From a virus (Duplodnaviria; Caudoviricetes): a stretch of DNA of 58,822 nt. Below are positions 17,627 to 26,300 of the stretch, in pieces. Made by a program: the position numbers and the translations under genes. The notes beneath the pieces are model-generated. The model saw nothing but the letters and a program-made list of their open reading frames with translations, did no database searches and was not told where the DNA came from. The stretch's first letter is position 1; each line of letters starts with the position of its first letter. Where the stretch lies: the IMG/VR virus record IMGVR_UViG_3300038608_000026, positions 1 to 58,822 of that record; one strand, given 5' to 3'.

Positions 17627-17853
17627 GAAAGTGCAAAGCAAAGTACTTGAATGAAGGTTCTTGGGTGTGGATAGAGGGATGGTTCCATACGTGGGCACCC
17701 TGGTATGATGAGTATGAGAATGGCCCCGGTAATTATATGGAGGCGTTGGTCGAAGAGAATAATGGGCAAATGAGGAGATGCTATGTTGACTCTGTGAAGT
17801 TTACAGATACAACAGAACCACTTCCACATAATCAAATTGGATACGATAGATAG
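17623..17853 (+). CDS. Hypothetical protein
   Basis: ATGA overlap; G.FH.W...E.GPGN...ALVE...G. Confidence 0.7.
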   Translation: MRKCKAKYLNEGSWVWIEGWFHTWAPWYDEYENGPGNYMEALVEENNGQMRRCYVDSVKFTDTTEPLPHNQIGYDR

Positions 17854-17855
17854 AT

Positions 17856-18077
17856 ATGGCTTCCGAAGACAGGGATAAACCGGTAAATAGTCAAGAGCAG
17901 AGGGCAATAGATATGATTAATGATTTTGCTAGTCTCATAAAGCAAGGATTTACTGACTACGAGAAGGTAGTGTGTATTCAAAGGTTACTTAAATCTTATT
18001 ATGAAATAAAAGGTAATGTAATTGTAGATGACTATGAAAAAACCATAATGGCTCGTAAAAAACTTTATAAAAAATAG
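17856..18077 (+). CDS. Hypothetical protein
   Basis: ORF in operon. Confidence 0.65.
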   Translation: MASEDRDKPVNSQEQRAIDMINDFASLIKQGFTDYEKVVCIQRLLKSYYEIKGNVIVDDYEKTIMARKKLYKK

Positions 18078-18089
18078 AAAGGAGACAAA

Positions 18090-18761
18090 ATGACAGAAAA
18101 AGTAAGAGAGGAGAAAAAAATGGCCATTACAGAAGAATTTTTAAAAGATATCCACCCTTGCGACGAAGGGTATCAATGGTGGCTGAATCACGGAAGGCCA
18201 GCAGATTCACAGGCTACGTTAGAAACATTAATTGCCGACGAACAAGAGAATTGGGCAAACTGGCTGATTGTCCGCCTGATGAATCATAAACAAAAAATAG
18301 CATATGCCATATATGCCGCAGAGCAGGTAATTTCCATCTACAAACTAAAATACCCAGATGATAATCGGCCGCAAAAGGCGATTGACGCCGCGAAAAAATT
18401 CCTTTCGGATACGTCTACGAAAAACAAAGATACTGCTGATGCGGCGGCTGATGCGGTTCATGCGACTGATGCGGCGGCTGATGCGGTTCATGCGACTGAT
18501 GCGGCGGCTGATGCGGTTCATGCGACTGATGCGGCTGCGGCGGTAGTTTATGAGGCTGATGCGGCAGTTTATGCGGCGGATGCGGCAGTTTGTGCGGCTA
18601 ATGCGGCTTATGCTGCTGATGCTGCTGCGGTGACAGTTTATGCGGCGGATGCGGCAGTTTGTGCGGCTAATGCGGCTTATGCTGCTGATGCGGCGGAAAT
18701 GCTGATAAAAATTATAAAACATGGGATGAGCCTAATGACCTTTGAAGAAAACGTTCCGTAG
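18090..18761 (+). CDS. Ala-rich repeat protein (Imm5-like helical region)
   Basis: WANWLIVRLM...AAEQV...YPDDNRPQKAIDAAK followed by an Ala-rich repeat tract. Confidence 0.75.
   Translation: MTEKVREEKKMAITEEFLKDIHPCDEGYQWWLNHGRPADSQATLETLIADEQENWANWLIVRLMNHKQKIAYAIYAAEQVISIYKLKYPDDNRPQKAIDAAKKFLSDTSTKNKDTADAAADAVHATDAAADAVHATDAAADAVHATDAAAAVVYEADAAVYAADAAVCAANAAYAADAAAVTVYAADAAVCAANAAYAADAAEMLIKIIKHGMSLMTFEENVP
18435..18696 (+). repeat. Coding tandem repeats
   Basis: 30-nt unit (DAAADAVHAT) x3, then VYAADAAVCAANAAYAADAA x2. Confidence 0.9.
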
Positions 18762-18803
18762 GTGAGGTTTTCATGGTTAAAATAGTAGAGGAGGTGAGGT
18801 AAT

Positions 18804-19025
18804 ATGCCAGAATTGTCAGCAGAAGATATCAAAAAAATGAAACATCATGTGAACTCAGGTAAAAAGTTTAATGAAGCAAAAGAAAAAAGACCGATGTATG
18901 AAAGTCAACTCACTTGCTATAGCTGGTGCTGTAAGTGCGGATATTGGAATGAAGCCAACTCGCCAGTATGTGCAGCATGTGGAGGAGATGAGTATAAGAC
19001 AGTGTTGTATGCAGTGCTGAGCTGA
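18804..19025 (+). CDS. Zinc-ribbon protein
   Basis: WCCKCGYWN.....CAACG. Confidence 0.7.
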   Translation: MPELSAEDIKKMKHHVNSGKKFNEAKEKRPMYESQLTCYSWCCKCGYWNEANSPVCAACGGDEYKTVLYAVLS

Positions 19026-19036
19026 AGGGAGTCACC

Positions 19037-19234
19037 GTGTTTGTAACAGTAAAAAGAAAAGGGAAGAAAGTTAAAGTAGATGTAAGTGAGAAGAATTGCC
19101 CGCTCTATACGTGTTTTTCGGTAGACCTTGTTTGCCGGGACGGGAGTAAACCGAGCAAGGAAGATTACAACGTTTGCAGTTGCAGACACCTTCACGGTTG
19201 CCCGGACATAAAAATATTTAAGGAGAAACTATGA
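19037..19234 (+). CDS. Small Cys-rich protein (GTG start)
   Basis: CP...CF...C....HGCP; ATGA overlap. Confidence 0.65.
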   Translation: MFVTVKRKGKKVKVDVSEKNCPLYTCFSVDLVCRDGSKPSKEDYNVCSCRHLHGCPDIKIFKEKL

Positions 19235-19689
19235 TTAATATTAAAAAGAGTCAAACAGCAGATACAAGATCGTGTGATTTTTCACAAGTAACAAAAGAAC
19301 AGTTAAGAGAAAGTAGCTTACAACACATTAATGACGTAAGAAAGGGAATGAATTTCATAAGAGAATTAATTAGTATGGCTGCAACTTATCACGATTATGA
19401 CAAACTAACCAATTTAGATCATTTTCATGCCGACTTTGTAACTGGATTTAAGCAAACTGGTTGGTGGGATAATCACAGAAAAGTCAATCGTCATCACCTG
19501 CTAGCGGAAGACGGAATACCTCATAACGTAAATCTTGTTGATGTATTGGATATGATTGTTGATTGCGTCATGGCTGGCATGGGAAGAACCGGAACTGTTT
19601 ATCCTTTAGAAATAAAACCAGAGGTCTTAATGGCTGCCTTTCAAAACACAGTTGAATTATTAAAGAGCGAGATTGTAGTGGATGATTAA
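19231..19689 (+). CDS. HD-like metal-binding protein (DUF5662-like)
   Basis: H...V, HDYDK, HRKVNRHH, DMIVDC. Confidence 0.65.
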   Translation: MINIKKSQTADTRSCDFSQVTKEQLRESSLQHINDVRKGMNFIRELISMAATYHDYDKLTNLDHFHADFVTGFKQTGWWDNHRKVNRHHLLAEDGIPHNVNLVDVLDMIVDCVMAGMGRTGTVYPLEIKPEVLMAAFQNTVELLKSEIVVDD

Positions 19690-19747
19690 GTTTTCTTTGA
19701 ATGGCTGAAGTCAGAAAAAAAGGGTGTAACGTTTAAGCCTTGCCTGC

Positions 19748-20302
19748 TTAAATCAATTTAACCGGGTTTTTAAAGCACCCCAATTTGTGCATCCCTGTGG
19801 GAGTAAGCGCTTTCTCAACTGGCTTACATAGCTGAGGCGCAACAAGCTGTAGACCAATCTGCCAAGCCTCTGAACAGAACAACCGTCGAGCTGAAGCATT
19901 GACTTTTAGGAGTGCCTGCTTTGCCACTCCCAACCAATCATAACCAGTACCGATCATAGAAAGGATCTGGGCTCCTATTTTATCTCTGTACGGATCCCAC
20001 TCGTCCTTGAGCGGATACCAGTAAATATGCCCGGGGTAATTTTTTATATAATCAGACAAAATATCGGGATAGAATCCTATTGACATTGCCTCTATTGTGA
20101 ATCTGCGTCGCTCAAACCCCTCATAAGCTCCCGCCCGGACAAGACCTCCCCAGTGACTTAAGCTTATCTTATTGACAGGGTCAGCGTCGCCTTTCGTCTT
20201 CCACATAATCAAATTGGATACGATTCCAGTATTAGCAAAGCCAAGGCCGTCACCGGTAAGCATTTGTTCTTTCACCTGTTCGTAAATAGTTAAATCATTC
20301 AT
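19748..20302 (-). CDS. Permuted NlpC/P60 (YiiX/YebB-like) papain-fold hydrolase
   Basis: GD.L, SHWG, EA, G..YDW, LFCSE, TP motifs; TAATG-coupled start at 20302. Confidence 0.8.
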   Translation of the reverse strand: MNDLTIYEQVKEQMLTGDGLGFANTGIVSNLIMWKTKGDADPVNKISLSHWGGLVRAGAYEGFERRRFTIEAMSIGFYPDILSDYIKNYPGHIYWYPLKDEWDPYRDKIGAQILSMIGTGYDWLGVAKQALLKVNASARRLFCSEAWQIGLQLVAPQLCKPVEKALTPTGMHKLGCFKNPVKLI

Positions 20303-20556
20303 TACAACCTCACTTCGTTCAACTCTTTGACAATCTTCACCATTTCCCATTTAATCAGATTGTCGATTTTCTGAATTTCAGAAATGCTCATTGTTGCAAT
20401 ACATATGATAAGTAAACCGAATATTATTTTTTTCATTGTCTCTCCAATTCCACTAAACAATCCGCCGACAAGCACGTTGTACCCATCATCGCCTCTTCCG
20501 TATGTACCTTCTGCTTTGGCAATAGCCGAAAGGAAGGCCTTGCGGTTCTGGTTCAT
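20302..20556 (-). pseudogene. Truncated lambda-R-like endolysin fused in frame to a membrane-peptide ORF
   Basis: MNQNRKAFLSAIAKAEGT...DDGYNVLVGG matches the N-terminus of lambda-type lysozymes, then switches to MKKIIFGLLIICIAT. Confidence 0.7.
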
Positions 20557-20558
20557 GA

Positions 20559-20936
20559 TTAATCTCCTCCACTTGCGACATGGTCTGTAGTCCTTTGGTG
20601 CATGTTTATTCTGTCTTTGCATTTCTGCTGAAAAAGACCTAACTCAAGTGATATCTGAGCTACCTTGCCGTTTGCCATCCTTTGATATTCTGTCAACGAT
20701 TCCTGTTTTTCAGATACTTTAACAATTCTTTCTTTCAGGTCATCAATCCGTTCTTTTATCTCTGCTGAGGTTTTGGCCGTCGTATCGGCCAATTCCTTTC
20801 TGATTAAAGTTTCTGATTTTTCTCGGTCACTCATCCATTTTTTGAAGAGGTAAACGAAGCCGCCCCAAAAGATAGTGAGCGCTACAATAATAACGCCGCC
20901 GTTAACTATTATTGTTTCTAGACTAATTTTACTCAA
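20559..20936 (-). CDS. Putative holin-like membrane/coiled-coil protein
   Basis: One N-terminal TM helix plus coiled coil, next to the endolysin remnant. Confidence 0.5.
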   Translation of the reverse strand: MSKISLETIIVNGGVIIVALTIFWGGFVYLFKKWMSDREKSETLIRKELADTTAKTSAEIKERIDDLKERIVKVSEKQESLTEYQRMANGKVAQISLELGLFQQKCKDRINMHQRTTDHVASGGD

Positions 20937-21267
20937 GGTTTTTCACCACCTCTGCGGCTACTTCCTTTGCGTGAGTTCTTAACGCCTGATACGCCACATA
21001 TTCAGCAGTCCCAGGACTGGCAAGCTCATTATTGATAAGAGCTAATTCAACGTCCTTATTTCCAATTTCGTCTGTAATAATTGCATCAATGATTTTAGCT
21101 CTTGTCAATTCACCTTCAATGGCGACATAGGAGAAGTCATAACAAGCTCTTTTCGTGCCGTCCATTTCTTCAAATTCAGTTTCTTTGATGTCATAACGTA
21201 CCTGTGTTTTACCGGCACTTTTGACTATAATTTCTGGGTAAGTATCCGAACCGTATTTAACTCTCAT
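20929..21267 (-). CDS. Small tail-associated hypothetical protein
   Basis: AGGAGG RBS; follows the receptor-binding gene. Confidence 0.7.
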   Translation of the reverse strand: MRVKYGSDTYPEIIVKSAGKTQVRYDIKETEFEEMDGTKRACYDFSYVAIEGELTRAKIIDAIITDEIGNKDVELALINNELASPGTAEYVAYQALRTHAKEVAAEVVKNLE

Positions 21268-21288
21268 AGTATCCTCCTTAATGGATTT

Positions 21289-22857
21289 TTATTTTCTCAT
21301 TACTAACCGGCCACCGACAAGCCGTGACACATACGCCAAAGCATAATTCGCATACAGATAGAAGGCCCCAACATTCGCGTTAGCAGCCGCAAGGCCGCCA
21401 GATACGACCACGCGCCAGTCAGCAGCCTGATCATAATAATCTGTGATTTTGTGTGTTGCATCCCCACCAGTGAGGGAAGCTGGGAAAAATGCTCTTCCTG
21501 TAAGTTCAAGCGTTCCTTGATAACCAGTAGCATTAATCATTGTGATTGCATTGCCATTTACATCAGTCGGATTGGTATAATTGGTAGTATTCGCAGCATC
21601 ACTGAAATTGGCAAAGTTGTTGCAGAGATAAGGGATATTATTGTTTACTTTATATCCATCAACAAATTTCCAGATATGTCCATAGAGATTTTCAATACCT
21701 CTGTATTTTAGGTAAACACTTTTTGCTGCGTCGCCAGTTGTAATTGCCGAGGTTGCCGTATTACCAGAAGCATTACCAGTTCCGTTCCCGTTGCCTGATT
21801 TAGCAATGGGGTTGTAGTCATTATAAGCTGCCCAATTCCCAAATGATGCAATCCCATAGCCCAAAACAGATTGAGAATAGAAAGAAGCGTATTCAGTTAA
21901 ATAGAGCAGTTGAAGTGCTGAATAGGCATCGCCATATAACTGGCTCCATTGAGCAGTAGCCGCATCATTAGCTGCTTTACCACCACCTCTGTTTTCAGCC
22001 CACGTTCTAAAATGTGCTCTTGTTCCATTTGCACTTCCACCTGTAATCGGGCAGACACCACTTACAGAACAGAGTTTATCGCCTGAAGTATCTGTTACAT
22101 CAGTCTGCGTCTGAATAACCGTTGCCGCGGCTGTTTCGTCTGTAAGATTTTCATCAACTGTAATTTTGGTAGGTGATACGATTGCTTTAACTGTCACCGT
22201 GGCATTATTGTTTGTAGTTCCAGTAATAACAAGTTTTTGGCCAATTGCTAAAGCCGCTGCCCATCCAGTTCTGGTGGTAATCGTAATCGAATTGTCCGCT
22301 GCGGCAAATGTAGCACTTACAGCAGTTTGATGGCACTGACCGACGTATTTAAGAGCTGATACATCAAAAAGACTTGCTTCATAAGCTCCAACATAGAGGT
22401 AGTCTTTTTCTACCGCATCAGACATGAACGCTTCATGGACTTTAAAGCCAGTCAAAGGAACAGGCGAAACTTCCCAAGTATGAGTAGTTCCAGAATACCC
22501 GTAGCGATACCAGAACTTAGGTATTTCGACCATTACCTGTCCGTCTGTGCCATCAAGTTTTGAAGCCGTTACACCATCCTCTTTCTTTGTCCAGTCTGTA
22601 GCGCCAAGATAGTAATTAACCGTCCCGTTATCAGCAACGACACAACCTCTCATTTTTCGCTGAACAGGAAGGAAAACATCGCCTAAAGTAACACCGCAAG
22701 GTTGTCCTGCAGCGGAACCTGTACGAACATAAGTATCTGTTAATTCATTCCAGGAGACACCGATGGCTCCACCTGCAATCTCTATGTTTAAAAACGTCTG
22801 CTTCCCTGTCCAAATATTTGCTTTGTTGAGTAAATCTATTCCGTAATAATCTGCCAT
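21289..22857 (-). CDS. Receptor-binding/tail protein with C-terminal CLec (FGE-like) fold
   Basis: GQVMVEIPKFW, YVGAYEAS, YRGIENLYGHIWKFVDG, terminal GG...GGRL. Confidence 0.75.
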   Translation of the reverse strand: MADYYGIDLLNKANIWTGKQTFLNIEIAGGAIGVSWNELTDTYVRTGSAAGQPCGVTLGDVFLPVQRKMRGCVVADNGTVNYYLGATDWTKKEDGVTASKLDGTDGQVMVEIPKFWYRYGYSGTTHTWEVSPVPLTGFKVHEAFMSDAVEKDYLYVGAYEASLFDVSALKYVGQCHQTAVSATFAAADNSITITTRTGWAAALAIGQKLVITGTTNNNATVTVKAIVSPTKITVDENLTDETAAATVIQTQTDVTDTSGDKLCSVSGVCPITGGSANGTRAHFRTWAENRGGGKAANDAATAQWSQLYGDAYSALQLLYLTEYASFYSQSVLGYGIASFGNWAAYNDYNPIAKSGNGNGTGNASGNTATSAITTGDAAKSVYLKYRGIENLYGHIWKFVDGYKVNNNIPYLCNNFANFSDAANTTNYTNPTDVNGNAITMINATGYQGTLELTGRAFFPASLTGGDATHKITDYYDQAADWRVVVSGGLAAANANVGAFYLYANYALAYVSRLVGGRLVMRK

Positions 22858-22860
22858 AGT

Positions 22861-23286
22861 TTATTCCCCCACAAATTCAAGTACAATAGTTATTACAGCA
22901 CTGGCAATTAAATTACCAGTAATAGTTACTGTAACATTTCCGGTGATTAACGCCGGGAGGGCGTATCCCGCCGGCCCGATCGGAATCCACGTCTTGCTGG
23001 TAGCGCCAATCAGGTCTGTACCCTTCCCACCGAGAAGGTCAATACCGTATTCATCCGTAATCGTCAAATCGGTAGCGTCTGTAGGAGCCGTCGTCCCTGG
23101 GATTGCTTTAACTGAATAGAGTTTCAACCCCCTGATGTCAAAAAGTGATCCGACGGAATCAACCGCCAATGGATTAATGATAGTCGCAGGGAATGCCCCA
23201 TCTTCCGCGGTACACGTGAGTTCCAGTACCGCCATTGAAGGTCTGCCCTGTTTCACAATGCTTCTTTTTAGTATTCCTGTAATCAT
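22861..23286 (-). CDS. Small beta-rich virion protein
   Basis: PG.TAPTD..D.TITDE.GIDLLGG motif; start moved to MITG. Confidence 0.65.
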   Translation of the reverse strand: MITGILKRSIVKQGRPSMAVLELTCTAEDGAFPATIINPLAVDSVGSLFDIRGLKLYSVKAIPGTTAPTDATDLTITDEYGIDLLGGKGTDLIGATSKTWIPIGPAGYALPALITGNVTVTITGNLIASAVITIVLEFVGE

Positions 23287-23363
23287 TTTTCTCACCCCCT
23301 GATATTTATTATTATATAGTTCCCTTGCCGTAAAACACAAGAATTATTTCGGCGGCGGCAAAG

Positions 23364-26300
23364 TTAAGTTTTCTCCATTCTCTCTATTGCATCGTTCACG
23401 CGTTTCATTCGCGCCGTCATATAATCGTCAATCCGCCTGATTTGTCCTGGACTGGCTCCCATGTCTTTTAACTTATCCCGTCTTATTTCCAGTTTACGGA
23501 TAAGGTTTTCTGTCTTGCCCATTATTTTAAAAAGACGCGCTTCCGGGTTGTCTTTTAAATATTCCAATACTGAACGACCTTCTGATTGAAGTCCTTTTAG
23601 TTCTCTTTCGTGCATGTTCATTTTTTTTACGTTATCGTAAAATTTCCTTCTCTCATTCGATGTGCCTTCCGCATTTCCATAGAATCTGCTCGCTACGGGA
23701 ATTTTATAGGTTGGAAGTTCTTCGCCGGAATACATGGATTGAACCGTCTGCGAAGTTTTACTAAGTTCTCTTCCAATTCCACCCGTAGCCTGTCCCGCCA
23801 GATAATCAATCTGATCCGGTGTTGGGCTGAAATAACCTGGAATATATTTGCTGCCGCCCGTGGCAATGTTTAGTGCATAACTAAGTCCCCGTCCTAATAA
23901 TGATGCCGTATCTTTCGCCATTGCGTGCCCCGGAGCTGGATTTAATGAATTAAAATTCTCTTTATAAATCGGTTTTCCAGTCCAGTCCTTATTCTCCGCT
24001 AAGGCAACAAACGGATCTGCTATGGTTGGCGCGAAGGTTTGCAACGAGACTCCGCTGCTTCCCAATGGGTTAAAGGCTTCCAGGATGATTCCGAACAAGG
24101 AGCCAACCTTTCTGTCCGCACCCTTCCCGCCAGCCAACGCTATTTCTACTGGAATACGCCCGATACTGGGGATAATATTAAACCCTAAAGGCATAGGAAT
24201 TGTGATATATTGTTTCCCGCCAATGGGGATAATAATGTTTCGTTCCCTTACAAAATCAGGTGGTTCATCATCGTCGAATCCCGCAGCGGCCAACGCCAAG
24301 GCTTGTACAGCTCCGAAAATCAATCCACCGGCAATAATTTTTCTTCCTTTCGGCCCTTTGAGTGTTTCGTACATTCTCATCGAACCCTGAACACTTGCGT
24401 TAAAGAAAGCATACATTGCCCCAGCCTGACTTGCCCATTGACCTTTTCGATTGAAGTTTACCGTCAAATCCTTGGCCATAGCCGCGGCGGCATCTTTGCT
24501 CATTCCATTGGCTATTCCCACTTCATAGGCAGAAAGTCTTACTGCGTTTTCAATGCTGTTGTTATAGTTTGACAATGCTTCTCCCGCCCACGAAATTATT
24601 CCTCTTATCGGCGCCTTGCCTTTAATCATCTTGAGTTGTTTGTCGATGTCTTTCGTCCGGTCTTCTGAAGTCTTATAAAGATCAACATATCCGGTCTGTC
24701 CACCGCGCATTTGAAACTCTTTAAAAAGTTTTGCCTGTGGTGAATCGAGATTGCCTCTCAAGGCTTTTGAGATTCCCATCATTGCAGGGCCGATTCCTTT
24801 TAATACCTGCGCCTGCTTCCCAGCAATAGGAGTTGTTGACAAATTGAAGGCCATCGTCCCTAAGTCCCTGAAGAAGTTCGTAATACCAAACACGGGATTG
24901 TATTGCGTGTTAATTGAGGCCATGTAACGAGTAACTTTGGCCATCGTCCCCAGTACCGTACCAATAGAATCAAGGTCAAGGTTCTTCAGTGCAAGCGCCA
25001 TCCGTGCCGCACGGTCGTTCTTTTTATTGAATCGGATACCTTTTTCAACGATTTCGCCGTCCGAACCGAGTTGCCGAGACATGATCACCATGTCCTCTTT
25101 CTTGTAGGATTCGTCCAAAACAGGAACTGTTTCTCCGGTAGCGACGTTCATTTTTGGGACTACCTGTGGTTTCACTACTTCCCAAAATTCAGGATTTGGA
25201 TTATTCTGCGCAAGCGAATAAAGGGCTTTGGAAATAATGTTCTTTTCGCCCCTCTTGATATACTTCTCTCTTTGCGCAGCAATGTTGGACAAGATATTCA
25301 GGGCCGGTTTTTCCGACCCTCCCTGCCTGCGTGCGCTGGAAGGGCCAGATACGGAAAACCCTGTAGGGATAACTCTGCCATAAACCGGGTCGTCATCTCT
25401 GGAAAGAGGAACATAATGTTGATACGAACCAAACCATGCACCAATAGTATTCTGAGATTCCACACCATAGTCGATAAGTATCTGCGCTGATTTATGGGTA
25501 ATCCTGTCAATCATGTCGGCTATTGGCATCATCTTGTGATGAAGTTCAGGAGTCAAAGTATTGAAGACATAGTCCCCGGTTTTCACTTTCTTGCCGTTGA
25601 AATATTCATCAACCTGCGCATCCAGGACGCCAGACCCACCGTCCGGCGTCCCCCTGTTGCGACGATAATAACCGTTGGCTTCCTTGGCATGACGCATTAA
25701 CAGAAATTCTTCAAACTGTTCTCTGCTTATTCCCGCTCTAGCCAACGCTTTCATAACTGGTTGGAATTCGTTCGACAAGAAGTCCTTAACTCTGGCGTCC
25801 AATCTGCCCGAATAGTTTGTTTCTTTGAGTTTAACATCAGTTTCCTCTGAAACTGTTTTGCCAAAGTCACGGATAGCCTTTACAACATCTTTGGCGTCAA
25901 TGTTTTTGTCGGCCAGGTTATAAAGGAAATCGTCCCACCTGGTATGTTCTGGAGTGTTCCAGTGATTTGCAAGTGGATCAGAATTCTGTCGCTGGAACTT
26001 AGTCTCTGCTACCTTCCTTTCCGGCGTCCCTTCTGATATGGGGACTGTCTCTCGTCCTTCCTGCCGTGCAATCTTTCCTTTGTTTCCTTGTAAATAACGC
26101 TCGCGGTATTCAGAGTATCTCTTCTTTGCTTTTGTTTCCTGGCCATGTCTCTCATCATATCTCCAATATTGGTATCCGTAAAAAGATAATGGCCTCATAA
26201 AAAGCCCTTCGTTTCCGGTGGTTTCCACATCCCCTTTTATGTTGACATGAGCCACAAATTTATCCAGACCGGCGTAATATAATTCATCGGCTTCTGATCT

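Noticed and set aside
18345-18722. R/I/S-rich and MRRL-repeat ORFs
   Set aside because: Shadow frames of the Ala repeat tract
23311-23340. TTGTGT-18-TATAAT internal promoter on the minus strand
   Set aside because: Weak -35 in an AT-rich gap; plausible but not supportable
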